From: Enterobacter phage N5822 | Strand: one strand, 5' to 3' | Sequence record: MW032452.1 | DNA: 56,000 bases | Part shown: positions 1 through 11,575 of the stretch, in pieces | How positions within the stretch are numbered: position 1 is the stretch's first letter | Layout: each line of letters begins with the position of its first letter | Position numbers and translations under genes: made by a program | The notes under the pieces: generated by a model | Seen by the model: only the letters and a program-made list of their open reading frames with translations | What the model was told of the DNA's origin: nothing | Databases searched by the model: none

Positions 1-172
1 CAAGAACGCTGTCGAGCGTTGCGTATTTGTTTTTAGGTGTGTGTTTTGGCGATCTTTCTTCACCTTAACAAACTGGCTGCGTGCCTTGTGCAGCGCTGGC
101 AAAATCTCGTCGAATTTTTCGGATAACTTCATTGCTTTCTCCTTAAAGGCGGCTCTCGCCGCCTATTGTTTG

Positions 173-466
173 TTAGTGCTTAACTTCGCCGCCGTTGTGG
201 ATCTCGATAAGCTGATTGATCAGTTTGTCGGTGGATTCCTTCATCATCTTGATTGCTTCGGGATCCTCTTTAACCATCAGCGCAGTCGCCACAACGTTAT
301 CAACCGCCTCCATCACATCACGGATGTATTTCATTTCTTCTTCGCCGTCTGCCGGATTGAGCGGCTTAACAAAGTCCTTCATGGCGAAAGTGATGCGGTG
401 TACAAACATACGCATATGAGCTTCACATACCGCGCTGATCATTTCTTCATTGGTGATGTTTTCCAT
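173..466 (-). CDS. Hypothetical protein (MENITNEEMISAVCEAH...) between erf and recE-like genes
   Basis: ORF with agaggatat RBS. The likely start is internal to the tracked ORF. Repeated at 51847-52140. Confidence 0.7.
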   Translation of the reverse strand: MENITNEEMISAVCEAHMRMFVHRITFAMKDFVKPLNPADGEEEMKYIRDVMEAVDNVVATALMVKEDPEAIKMMKESTDKLINQLIEIHNGGEVKH

Positions 467-543
467 TTTGATATCCTCTCTTTGTTGACTTGATGGAGGC
501 ATTATAACACCTCCATTTTCATTTGTTTAGCTATTTGTGCTGT

Positions 544-1602
544 TTACAGAAATTCTTTGTATTGGCGGCGCACCCAATCAGGAGTAGTTAGCGAAACTTC
601 CGGCGCTCCGTTTGCGTATGAAGGCCAGATGTTATGCGCCTGACACATTGCAAACTGATTGATCACGCTCATGTACTGAATGCGCCCGATCTTGAGTTGC
701 TCGCTGTTCATTCGGTACGCCAGCGGCAAGTAAGGCTTTTTCTTCTCCTGCGCCAGAAGTCGAACCACTACGGGGCGCGTTTCGTTAGGGTAAGCCTTGC
801 GGAACAAATCATGCTGCAATGCCATTTTCAAATAGTAGCCGTGATTGAATGCCAGTCGCTCAAATTCTAGAGGATTGGCGCTCATTGTGGTTTTGTAGTC
901 CGTGATAACAATCGCCTCAGGATAAACAACGTCCTCGCAAATCGGCTGCCCTTTGTCGTCATATCCAGTGATTAGCGTAAACTCTACGTTTTCGCACTCG
1001 TCAATATGGTCTAGTCTGACCTTTACTTTGACTCCATTGATAACGCCGAAAATCGAAAGCTCGCGCTGGGCGGTTGGGCTATTCATGCACGCATTGTGCT
1101 CCGGTATCGACTCAAGAACCTGGCGCATGGCTACGCAAGCGTCATAATCTTTTGCGTTTACAAGCTCGACTCCAGCCGCACGCGCTTCGGATTCTGCGAT
1201 CATTTCAATCAGCCATTGAACCTGCAAATCCTCACCACAATCAACCATCATCTTGATCAGGTCTGGATACTGCTTCCCGCTTGTACCTTTCAGGCCGAAT
1301 GATTTTAATTTCGCAGCGAGAGCCGTTTGGGTGGTAATCAGATCCTTGAAGTCCTCCGGCGCTGGCGCTCTGCGATATTGAGCCTCAAACAATGCCTTGC
1401 TCTCAAAGTTTGTATGCGACTGAGTGCCGAAAATTAGCGGCTTTGCGTTGTCGTCTCGCTCCTTGAATTTCCAGGATGCTGGGGAGGACTGGAAAACCTC
1501 AGCCAGATTCGATCCGCTTGTGTACTCAGCCGTCCAGCTATTCGGATCGTGATACTCACTGTTTGGCATTTCTGCGCTAGTGAAAACCTTAAACTCACTC
1601 AT
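544..1602 (-). CDS. RecE-like exodeoxyribonuclease (DUF3799/PF12684-like)
   Basis: 352 aa intact ORF with ITDYKTT motif and syntenic with ERF and SSB. Repeated at 52218-53276. Confidence 0.78.
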   Translation of the reverse strand: MSEFKVFTSAEMPNSEYHDPNSWTAEYTSGSNLAEVFQSSPASWKFKERDDNAKPLIFGTQSHTNFESKALFEAQYRRAPAPEDFKDLITTQTALAAKLKSFGLKGTSGKQYPDLIKMMVDCGEDLQVQWLIEMIAESEARAAGVELVNAKDYDACVAMRQVLESIPEHNACMNSPTAQRELSIFGVINGVKVKVRLDHIDECENVEFTLITGYDDKGQPICEDVVYPEAIVITDYKTTMSANPLEFERLAFNHGYYLKMALQHDLFRKAYPNETRPVVVRLLAQEKKKPYLPLAYRMNSEQLKIGRIQYMSVINQFAMCQAHNIWPSYANGAPEVSLTTPDWVRRQYKEFL

Positions 1603-1632
1603 TCTTTCGCTCCTGTGTGTTGGTATACGTGC

Positions 1633-1660
1633 ATTGTAGCCATTTGTGGCGTTTAGTCAA
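1633..1660 (-). promoter_or_regulatory. Sigma70-type promoter TTGACT-16-TACAAT for the recE/erf operon
   Basis: Reverse complement reads TTGACTaaacgccacaaatggcTACAAT, just upstream of the start at 1602. Confidence 0.65.
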
Positions 1661-2042
1661 TACCATCAATTGTTTTTCTGTTCTCGAAACACATCTTTCC
1701 GCCTAGATAACAAAATCAGCGCTTAAGTGCATGATTTTAAACGTCGTTATTTTCTGTTTCATTGTTCACGGATTTGCGGTGGGGTTTATACAAATACACA
1801 CATAAAATGGCTAATATAGATATCCAGACGAAAGCAAGCCAATACATCAATTAACACTGAAACAGTGGAAACAATAAATAACAATATACAAATACATATA
1901 AACTAAACTATTGATTTTATTATATATTATAGATGATTTATTTTGTTTTTCTGTTCTAAAACGTTGTGCGATTCCACGGTGGGCGCAATCGAAAACACCG
2001 AGAAACAAAAAGAACAATCAAGGTAAAGTTTTGCATTTGTCA

Positions 2043-2071
2043 TTGAAATGATTTCTCCACGGCTGTATATT
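2043..2071 (+). promoter_or_regulatory. Sigma70-type promoter TTGAAA-17-TATATT for the Cor-like gene
   Basis: ttgaaatgatttctccacggctgtatatt, about 30 bp upstream of the ATG. Confidence 0.55.
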
Positions 2072-2103
2072 AAATGCACTCAACAAACAAAGGAGATAAC
2101 ACG

Positions 2104-2355
2104 ATGAAAATTAAACTTTTAGCCATTGCAATGATCATGTTTTCCTCTTGCGTTTTCGCTGCAAAGCAGAATAACGGCTCGCCATCAAGCCTCGGCGGTG
2201 GCGTGAGCAATATCGAAAACCAGACGAAAATCTTTGAAAATACCACGCTAGGAAAGGAGCGTGCGGAATGGTCGAAAGGCCGCGTGATCGAGAAAGGCCA
2301 ATCTGTAGAGTGTCAAATTGACAACCTCATGCGAGGCGGAATTAAAAACTGTTAA
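2104..2355 (+). CDS. Small exported protein, candidate Cor-like superinfection exclusion/receptor-blocking factor
   Basis: MKIKLLAIAMIMFSSCVFAAKQ signal sequence, 83 aa, own promoter, located beside the J gene as cor is in T1-like phages. Repeated at 53779-54030. Confidence 0.5.
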   Translation: MKIKLLAIAMIMFSSCVFAAKQNNGSPSSLGGGVSNIENQTKIFENTTLGKERAEWSKGRVIEKGQSVECQIDNLMRGGIKNC

Positions 2356-2358
2356 AAG

Positions 2359-2384
2359 AAAAGGAGCCGAAAGGCTCCTTTTTA
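2359..2384. terminator. Bidirectional intrinsic terminator between convergent genes
   Basis: aaaaggagccgaaaggctcctttttatt. The same stem-loop is reused at about 50670. Confidence 0.85.
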
Positions 2385-5300
2385 TTAGTACAATCCAGTG
2401 CCCTGTGGCGTTACGATTGCCGGATTGGACTTGTGGCGATTCGACCGGAGCCGGATGCGTTTATCCTGATAGATCTCGCTTGACCAGCCGCAAGGTCAAC
2501 GCTTATCCCGTAAGATTTACCTACTGAACGGTCTGTCTGTTCAACTCCATCAACCCAAAAGCGAGTACCAGCCGTATACTCGTTGATTGTAAAGAAAATC
2601 GACAACCTTACAGGTAATCGCGGGTTTCCTGCGTAGTTGATAGTGGTTGATGCGCTGCTTCCAGTTGTTTGCACAAACCTGTCATACATTCGAGATTCGC
2701 TAATGTTGCCAACGATCTTGTTTGCATAAACAGTGCCCGGAAATCACCATCAGTGGCGTAAACGGTTCCGTTAAACACACCGCTACTAGCGTAGACGGTT
2801 CCCCTCACAACCACGTTGTTAAACTCTGCATATCCGTTTCTGTTGATAGCCCAACCTGCTGCTCCTGACTGCCAGTTATCAGACTGAATGTGCTGTGCGA
2901 TCTTTGCCGTTGTTATTGAGCCATCCTTAATAACAGCCGTATTAATAACCACAACGCCATTCTCAACAACAAAAGGCAAAGTGTAACTGCCGCCCTGCTG
3001 AGTCATGACCCCGAATCGCGCCGCATCAACCAGGAATTGAGACTGTACGCCGCTTGGAGTCTGAACCAGTGACAGAGAGATACCAGACGTATACTCAAGG
3101 CCGCCGCTCTTGATACCCAACTTGAGAGCGTACTGAGCGCCTACTTGACCGTTATCAATCCACGAGTCAAGTTTTTGCGTTAACGCCGATTGTGTTTCGC
3201 CAATTTGAGTAGAAAGCGCTGTATCAGCCGTTGCTCGCGCCTGAGACTCGTTAGCAATCGCCTGGTTAACCTGGCTGATATTAGACGCGATATCTTGCTT
3301 CACGCCGTCAATCTGCCCTGAGAACTTGGCATCAAGAGAGCTGACTGCCTGAGCCCTTGCCTCAGTCTCGTTTGCAATCGCTTGCTGAGCGCTGCTAACG
3401 TTGGCGTTTGTCTTTCCGATCTCACTTGTGAACGTAGATTCAAGCTGCTGAACCTGCTGCGCTCGCGTCTCCGACTCGTTAGAGATAAGGGTTTTAACCT
3501 CCGTGATGCTTGAGGAAATGCCCTCGTCAAACTCTGTGCGGAGAATGTCAACCGCCGGATTCGCGCCTCGGTCTCGTTTGCGATAAGCTCCAGCGCTTGT
3601 CCGTGCTCCGCTTTACGCTTCCCGTTTTCTACTCGGTTCCAGCGCAGGTTAGTGTCAATAGCTAGCGCATTCTGGATCACACTTTGCGCCTGGTCTTTAA
3701 TCTTGTTTGCAGTATCTACGGCATTCTCTTTGAACTCCTCAAACCCTGCTGAGTTTAAAATGTCATCAAGAATATCGCCTAATATATCATCAACATTCAG
3801 AGACGACATACCGCGCACAAAGTCAGTCCATGCAGAAACGTTTCCGATCCTGTCAACGCTGCGCACTCGATACCAGTTCACATAACCAGGATTCAGCGTG
3901 GCGTGCCAGTATTCCATTTGCGGGTAAGGGACAAGGGTTAACAGCGTAGCGTTTTCTTCACTAACCTTTCCGTCAACGTCCGGCGCTTGCTGTAGCTCGA
4001 TATACGCCGTATCTCCTGAGCCGTCAGGCATACCCCACTTAATTCTAATCCCGAAAACTTCATTGTCGGAAGCAGTTAGGTTTATTGGTGCGTTTGGCTC
4101 TCCTACCTTACCTGTCAGTGCCGCCGATGCAATCGCAGACCACGGGGAAGTGCTGCCGGATGCAGAAACAGATCGCACCCTTACAAAGTAGTTGCCTGAG
4201 TAAATACCCTCAACGCTAACCTCTTTGTTTGCAGTCCTCGGAACATTTAGCCAGTTGCTATTGTCCTTTCTCCATTGCACCTCGTACAAGCTTGCGTATT
4301 CGACCTTATCCCAGCTAACAACCATCGTCTCTACGCTCTGCCCCTGAACAATGCGAGAGTAAGATGATACTGGACATTCTCCGGCGCTTTCATTACGCCG
4401 GATTAACAATGCTAGTTGGCCTGTCGTCAATGTTCACTCCGTAATCAATCTCGTCGTACTTGTTTGGATCGTATTCGACCGCCGTTATTGAGTACGTGAA
4501 TTGCTCCGTATCGTCGCCCCTTGTGATTCCGGTAACAACGTACTGCTGCAACGCAAGATCAGTCCTGTCGATTGCGAAAACCGTATCCGGCTTAACGTCG
4601 AAACCAAACCCAACGTTTAGCAGGATGGTTTTTCCGTCTGCACTAACCTGAGAGATTGTGCGCTTAACTGGCTTTCCGTCCGGCTTGTTGATCAGGATAA
4701 AATCACCAGGCCGTGCATCAACTCGGAACGGGAGGAAAACTTGCAGCCCTGAAACTTCCATGACGCGCCCCGAAAGATTAAGCGTCAAGTTGCTAGACCA
4801 GAAGTTATCCGCGATTGCGATCACGTCTCCGATTGTTGGGATCATGCCCTCAAGACCTGTTGCAAAGTTTACCGTAGTGCTTCGCAGGTTGGTTTTGAGA
4901 ATCCAGCGCCCTCGGCGGTTAGCCTCGCTGCGTCGCGTGCATCCGATTGCTGTGATGCTCGTCGGATTGTGACCAAAACGCAAAGCGGCCTCAGTATCAA
5001 AAACGCCCTCAATATCCTCGGCTGTACATGTTTTGCTCGTCGTCGAAAGTCACGTTGCACTGCGTGTACATGCTTTTTCGCTCGCAAATGTGTACTGAAA
5101 ATCGCCGTTTACTACGTTGTCATTACTGAAAATGTAAGACGGATCGCGCGGCTTATCCACCACGATAGAAAGGCTTTCGCCGTTCCAAAAGCTCATACCA
5201 CGGAAGATTGAGCAAATATCGCGGATAAGGTTAAACGCCTCAATCTGGCTCTGGATAACCACATCACAAAGATAGCGAGGCTCTAGGCCGCCCTTACCAT

Positions 5301-6255
5301 CTGGAACCATCTGATCGCAATACTGCGCCGCCTCGTAGATGCTCCACTTATCGATCTCAATCCCAAGCTCCCTTTGGTCGAGTCCGTAGCGCTGATTGGT
5401 GATCAGGTCATACAGAACCCAAGCAGGGTTATTGCTCCAAGCCGTCTTGAATAAACCATTCCATGATCCGCTATAGGTGCGTGAATCTGGATCATAGTTA
5501 ACTGGAACCTTGATCAGCTTCCATTTCTTCTTGATAGAAATGTTCGGTAACTGAGTCGGGAAAAGCTCGCTATCAAACTCAACGTAAACCAGACCAGTCA
5601 GAGGGTAACGGAATTTTGCATCAACAACCTCCGCATAGCTCTGCAATCTGATAGCGTCAACAACTCGGCTGCTAGTTGAGTCTGCCGTGATTCGGCTTAC
5701 GCGCAAAATCACCTGCTCGTTGAATGCTGGCAGGTCGATGCGCTGGCTGCGGTCGTAGCCGCTTGTTGTCTTGCCAGTGATCGTATCAGTCAGAACTCGC
5801 TGGAATGAGCCGCCGTCTACAGCCATATCAACCGCGTATTGCACTGATACACCAACCAGATCGCCGTTATCCTCCTGCTTGTAGCCCTGAGGCATCAGGA
5901 TTTTAATTCTGATAGCTGAGAGTGATTTGTTTGTAACTGCGATGTTGTAAGGGTTATCTTGCGCCAGGTCGCGCTGAATTGTGATCTCGCTTGACGTGTC
6001 GGAGAACCCCTTGATGTAGTCCTGCGTTTGAGTGCCTGGCCTAAACTCTGCACTAACCCCGCTATAGTTCAATGAGCCGTCTGCGTTTTGCACTGGCACA
6101 TCATCGAGATAAAGGTTTTTGAGCGAAAACTCGCCGTCAACCTCGCCGTCTGAAACCGCAAGGAGGATTTTGATCTTGTTGATGGAGATCAAGTTATCTT
6201 CCATCTCCTTTGGCGTGTACGGCTTAGAGGAGCCGCCCTTGTTGCCGCTTATCAT
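2385..6255 (-). CDS. Lambda J-like central tail fibre / host specificity protein (split by indels)
   Basis: Fragments 5050-6279, 4393-4983, 3300-4430, 2608-3303 and 2411-2689 form one J-like protein with fibronectin-like segments. The C-terminus is open in copy 2 (54060). Confidence 0.85.
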
Positions 6256-6315
6256 AATTTTGGCCTCCAGTTTTAACAATTTGTGCTGTTTTGAGGTTGC
6301 ATTATAGCAACCAAT

Positions 6316-6342
6316 AAAAAACCCCGCAATGCGGGGTTTATT
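6316..6342 (-). terminator. Intrinsic terminator between I-like and J-like genes
   Basis: aaaaaaccccgcaatgcggggttta hairpin, with TATAAT-like sequence following on the minus strand. Confidence 0.6.
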
Positions 6343-6940
6343 TTATACCTTATCCTCTGCGTAGCTTCCTGAACTCAGATAGCGCCCCCAACGGTTCGAT
6401 AACCGTATGGCAGCGGTAGCGGATAACCTGCTGCCGTGGTGTTTACCGCGCCGCCGAACGCGTAGGACGGCTTGTTTTCCGTGCTCTTGACTTCCATCTG
6501 CATACCGCCGCGCTGTGGTGATATCATCTGCATAACACCGCCCAAAACCATCGCGCCGCCCATCATGAAAGCGGAGGACGCAAGAGCGCCCATTGCCGCC
6601 AGCGATGCGCCGCCAGTAAAGAACGCCGTCGCCATGATTGCTGCGCCTAAAACAACCTGGAACAATCCGCCAGATTTTGAGCCGGACGGGATCGGGATGA
6701 TTCGGATTTCCTTGCCGCACTTCCACGCCTTTTCGTCATACTGCCCTACATTTTTCCGTCAACAAAAACAGCGTAGTGCATACGCGATCCAACTTCACTT
6801 TGCATATAGTCTTTAAAGCCCTCCAGCGCCACGGAGAGCGCACGAATTGCTTCGGGGTATGATTCGACTGCTAGCTCATGAAAAACGCCGAAACGCCGCC
6901 CCAGCGAGCCAGAAAGCTTAATTCTCTTTAGTGTCTGCAT
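6343..6940 (-). CDS. Lambda I-like tail tip assembly protein (frameshifted)
   Basis: Fragments MQTLKRIKLSGSLGRRFG..., MFQVVLGAAIMATAFFTGG... and ...YLSSGSYAEDKV. Confidence 0.75.
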
Positions 6941-7656
6941 TACTTTAGCTCCTTATGTCTGCAAATCATTACCGTGTGCTCCTGATACCATCCAGAATAG
7001 ATATCAGATCTTGACAGCTTGCCAAAAGCATGATGCAGGATTTGATTGTTACCTAAGTAGATTCCGGCATGGTTCCATACTGGCGCTTGAAGCTGCATTA
7101 TGATCATATCGCCAGGCTCCGGCTCCTTGCCTGTTGGAATGAAACCCTCTTTCAGATAGTTATCCTGGTAGAGATTTTCGCCATGCTCCGGCTTCCACCA
7201 TTCGTAAGGCTTGCGGAAGTCATTCAAGATCACGCCTTGCTCCTTGTGCCACGCCATAATCAAGCCCCAGCAATCATATGAACCGAGCGACCACGGGCGA
7301 CCAATCAGAGGACGTGTTGCAGGTTCCACCATGCGCATATCACCCTCTGGCAGTGAAACGATAACCCACGTTACGCCCATTTCATCGCACATGCATGTAT
7401 CGTGTGCGCTCGGTAGCGTGGTTGCTCCGTCTCCGGTGTGACTGTGAACGATTGCGATAATTTCATGATCCCCGCCCTCAATATCTGCGTACTCGTCTGC
7501 ATCCATCAAGAAATGATTTTCTGGATCATCATGCACGTTCTTGATTCGGTGATATCGCTGAACGCGTGACTTTTGGGTTACAACCCCGCAACACTCGGCG
7601 GGGTATACGTCCTGCGCGTGGCGCATTATTTCCAGTTTAATTTTTGCGCTAATCAT
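6940..7656 (-). CDS. Lambda K-like tail tip protein (JAB/MPN protease plus NlpC/P60)
   Basis: HSHTGDGATTLPSAHD JAB-like motif followed by GSYDCWGL and NHAGIYLG NlpC/P60-like motifs. Confidence 0.85.
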   Translation of the reverse strand: MISAKIKLEIMRHAQDVYPAECCGVVTQKSRVQRYHRIKNVHDDPENHFLMDADEYADIEGGDHEIIAIVHSHTGDGATTLPSAHDTCMCDEMGVTWVIVSLPEGDMRMVEPATRPLIGRPWSLGSYDCWGLIMAWHKEQGVILNDFRKPYEWWKPEHGENLYQDNYLKEGFIPTGKEPEPGDMIIMQLQAPVWNHAGIYLGNNQILHHAFGKLSRSDIYSGWYQEHTVMICRHKELK

Positions 7657-8403
7657 TGGTAGCTCCTTAAAAGTGATGCGACGGCGCAGCCGCCAAAATC
7701 TAACTCTTGATCCGCGCCAAAACGCAGTTTGCACGCCGTGCATGTTCCCGCGCACTGGTCGCGGCTCGGATCTGTTACAGGGTTATTGTCCTTGTCGAAC
7801 ATTCGCGATCCGTTATAGCTGCAACCCTTTCCGCTTCGATACCATCCACGCTGCGCCCAATAGCAAACGCTCTGAGTGATTCGCGGAGGGATCATTATAC
7901 CATCCATATCATACGGTGATGTAAGCTCAAAGCGTGCTATGCTCTTGTTGCAGTAGCTAGGCCGCTCGACGTAGTAGACCAGCTTACGATAAGCGCCGTC
8001 TTTTACGCTGCCGTCACTCTGAATCATTTCTTTTGACGTGATCCAGATTGTGACCTTTGCTTGCATCATCCCATTAAATGATCGGATAAGTGCGGATACC
8101 GGCTGTCAATGTTTGAAAGGGTTAACTCCGGCTTTCCGGCCTTGCCGTCACTTGTAAAGCTAATGCCAGTTATCCCGAAAGGCCGCGCACCGTATGCCTC
8201 TCCACGGAAAATGATTTCCTTTGGCGGTAGCGTGCCGCTCTCAACCGCCCTCATAATCTCCTCCGGCGTGTATTGCACGTTCTCATTATGGAATCGGTAA
8301 ACGCCAGCGCCGAACTTCGAGCCGTCAACCTCGACAAGCGTCATGATCTCGCCGGGTAAAGGCTCTGCAAACAGTTCTCAAATTCTTCTTTGCCTGTAGC
8401 CAT
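7653..8403 (-). CDS. Lambda L-like minor tail protein (frameshifted)
   Basis: Fragments 8066-8344 and 7653-8069 with a Cys-rich C-terminus (CSYNG...CAGTCTACKLRFG). The upstream start at 8403 has an RBS. Confidence 0.75.
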
Positions 8404-8472
8404 TGATAGACCTCCTTTGTGATAATTGCGTATTGTAGCACCAATAAAAAAGCCGCACAAAGGCGGCTTTGA

Positions 8473-8769
8473 TTATTCCATGCTGGTAAACTGCTCAACG
8501 AAAGTTGCTGCTACCTCCTGAACGGTTGGGGAGATTGGTTTAGCCGCTATGGTTCCGGTTTTAACCCTGAACAACCCAGCCTTTCCATCCGGCGCAATCC
8601 ACGCAAAAGGTTTAATAAGATGCCTTTGCATGAAACTGATCACATCCATGTAATCAGCGCCAGCGTAGATAACGCTAAAGCTTCGTTTCGTCGTGTTGAA
8701 ACCAGACGACGCAACTTGCGTGTAGCCATTCCCAAAAACAACCTCCCTCACGGTGTCCTCAGTCGTCAT
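8473..8769 (-). CDS. Lambda M-like minor tail protein
   Basis: MTTEDTVREVVFGNGYTQVASSGFNTTKRSFSV... in syntenic position. Confidence 0.75.
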   Translation of the reverse strand: MTTEDTVREVVFGNGYTQVASSGFNTTKRSFSVIYAGADYMDVISFMQRHLIKPFAWIAPDGKAGLFRVKTGTIAAKPISPTVQEVAATFVEQFTSME

Positions 8770-8827
8770 GCTCCCTCCGCCTCCCTGCGTTTGGGTACAC
8801 CATTTAAACATTTCGGGTTAGCCAAAA

Positions 8828-11532
8828 TTACCTCCTCTCCATAACGAAATTGTAAATGCTGCCGCCTTGACCCATTTCACGCTTGAGCATATCAGTAACC
8901 AGCATTCTAACACCAGTTTCAAGACCTTTCGGATCGTTCCCGTTGTTGATATCAACGTTGATATCACCGAACGAGTAAGCAAGTCCAGCGCCACCAGTTG
9001 AAGCCCTGCTGTAACCTGATCCGCCAACGCTGCCGCCGTTGGCATATCCACGCATCAGGCGGTAAAGGTTTCGCGCCCCGATTCGCTGCGTTGCTTCCTT
9101 AGTGAAAACAAACTCTCCTTTGTGAACAATGCCAGCCGGATCATACTTGCCGCCGTCGCCAGTGTACCCACCAGACGAGAAGCCGCTCATTAGCGATCCC
9201 ATAGTCCACGTTGAGCCTCCTGTCAATCCAGAAAGCGCGTTAAAGATAACCATCTTACTGATCATCTGGACAATCATCTTGAGAATGCTGTTTGCAAAGT
9301 CTGCAAAGTTTGCCTTTCCTGTTGTCAAGAACTCAGTCATTTGATCTGTTAGACCATTCAGCGCAGAGCTAGCAATCTCCTGCACGTTGCCGTACATGTC
9401 TGTTGCGTCTCGCGCATACTCAGCCAGGCGTTTTTTGCACCAGCCAACCAGTTAGCCCTTAGCGCGTCCTCCGTCTGGTAATACTCAGTCCTTTTCTTGA
9501 TCATGTCCTGATAAACCTGATCGTCAACGCTGCCACCCTTCGCAAGATAATCATTCTTGATTTTCTGTAGCTCCTGCTCTCTGCGATTTGATCCTCTGTC
9601 ATTCCCTGCTGTTTCAGGTTGAGAATGTCAATCTCAGATTGAGTGTTTCGGATAAACTCAAGTGAGTTTTGGTAAAGCTTGTTGCTTCGCTCCTGTAGCA
9701 CAATCTGATCGCCAATCTCGGCTTTCTGACGCGCAAGCTCAATGGCGCTTTTCTGCTCCGCGAGAAGTTTTTCTCTCCAGCCGTTAGCTGTCGCTTGCTC
9801 TGCGCTTCTTCCGGGATCTCAATCTGTTTCTCAATGCTCCACAATGAGCGGCGCTGGCTTGAGATAACATCGTTGACAGCGCGATGTTCTTTCAGGGTTT
9901 TCAACTGCGCTTGCAGCACGTAAAGCTCTTTGTCGAGTTGCTCAACAACGCTACCGCCTCCGCCGCCTTTTGACGTTTTGCCCTTACCCTTTTTCTCCTC
10001 AAGCTTTTTGAGATCCTCAATCTCCTGTTTCTTGGCCTTAATGAGATAAGCCGCTTGTTGCTTCGCCGTCTCATTATTCGACTTCTCAAGCTTCTTCTGA
10101 TTTGCGATCAGTTGGTTAAGCTCTTGCTGCGCGTTTGCCACTCGGTTGGTGTTGAAATATTGCTTTTCAATCTCAGCCGTAGCCTCAGCCAATGCTTTAG
10201 AGTTTAGGTCTGCGATCTCCTTGTTCTTCTTGCCGTACTCGGTCATGATTTCGAGCGCGGTTTCCAGATTGCTCTTGCGTCGAGTGTCTTTCTTTCCGGC
10301 GTATTCCGTTCCCTCAACATCGCCAGTAAGAACGCCACCCATAGCCTTTAAACGAGCCTTTGCAACATCCCACCATGTCCTTTCAAGCTCGGCAACCTTC
10401 TGCATATGCTCTGCAATCTTGCCGTTAAGCTTTGAAATGTCGCCGTCTCGCTGGTACTGTCGAGCCATATCTGCCGCATCAGTGTATGACACTCCGAGAT
10501 CAACAAGCTTCTTGATCAGGGATCCGGCTGTGTCTTTCGTCGTGGCGAACGATTTAACAAGCTCCTCGGATGATTTGCCCGAAACGCTAGCCAGTTCTTG
10601 AACCGAAACAGCAAGCTTGTTTGAGAAGTCGGAAGTGAATCCCGTTGCATCCTGAATGGTTTTTGAGATCTCTTTCAGTTCTTTGCGTGCGCTGTATGCA
10701 CTGTAAGCCATGTAACCCAGCACACCAACAACCGCACCAAAGCCAACTTTCAGGGGACTAATCAGGCTTAATAGTGCCTTAAATGTTGGGATGATTCCGC
10801 CGAAAGAGTCCTTAATCTGCCCGCCTTGCTGGATTGCAACCAACCAGATCGGCATCCCGCTAGCAAGTGAAGTTGCAACGTCCGTGATCTGAGCCGGAAG
10901 CATTCGCATAGCCTGGCGATACTGCCCCATTGAGATTCCGAGTTTCTGTGTCGCTTGCTCCTGCTGGCGCATTCGTTCAATGAACGGAGCCGCTTGCGCC
11001 GTCACTCCAAGCTGTGCAGCTTTCATTTCCATTAGCTCGGATTGCGTCTTGCCAGCCGCAGCCGCTTGCGCCTCAAGAGCCGCAATAAATTTCTGAGCCT
11101 CAGCCGCCGCTTTCGCTTTCTGCTTTGACTCCTCGATTGCCGCCCTTCCCTCAGCCGTTAACGCTTTTCTGTTGGCTGCGAGTTTATTCGTTTGAGACTC
11201 AAGCATTTCTCCGAGTTGGAAAAATGTTTCGTCAGGAACAACGCCCTTTTTCCAGAGCTTGTCCAGACCAGCCGCCGCAGCCTTTAGGCGCTCCATTTTC
11301 GCCGCAGTCGGATCTATCGCAGCCTGTACGCTCTGAAACTCCTTGCGCTGCTTCGCAAGCTCTGAGGCCAGTCTTTGGCTCTCTGTCGTGCAATCTGCTC
11401 CTCATTAACGAAAGACTCAAGACCATCAGCCGCACCCTCGGAAGCGGTCTTAAAATCCCTCAGGGATTTAACTGCGTTGTTTACCTGCTGAACGTCAACG
11501 CCTAACGTCAAACCTGCGTATTGTTCCGCCAT
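8828..11532 (-). CDS. Tail tape measure protein (frameshifted)
   Basis: N-terminal MAEQYAGLTLGVDVQQVNNAVKSL..., central coiled/hydrophobic region, C-terminal GGYTGDGGKYDPAGIVHKGEFVFTKEATQRIG. Confidence 0.88.
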
Positions 11533-11575
11533 TAAGTTACCTCCAGATAAGAAAAGAGCGCCAAAAGGCGCTCGT

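Larger units (their letters stand above)
1..4325. repeat. Terminal duplication of the contig, copy 1 (circular wrap-around of a roughly 51.67 kb genome)
   Basis: caagaacgctgtcgagcgttgcg at 1 recurs at 51675. The ORFs here recur at offset 51674-51676. Confidence 0.97.

Noticed and set aside
1-4325. Terminal duplication as a genuine long direct terminal repeat or integrated tandem prophage
   Set aside because: The copy is truncated by the window and starts mid-gene (erf). Circular-genome overassembly explains it more simply.
2411-6279. Split J, tape measure, TerL, helicase and primase ORFs as pseudogenes or introns
   Set aside because: Single-base repairs restore every frame examined, and the duplicated terminal copies themselves differ by such indels.
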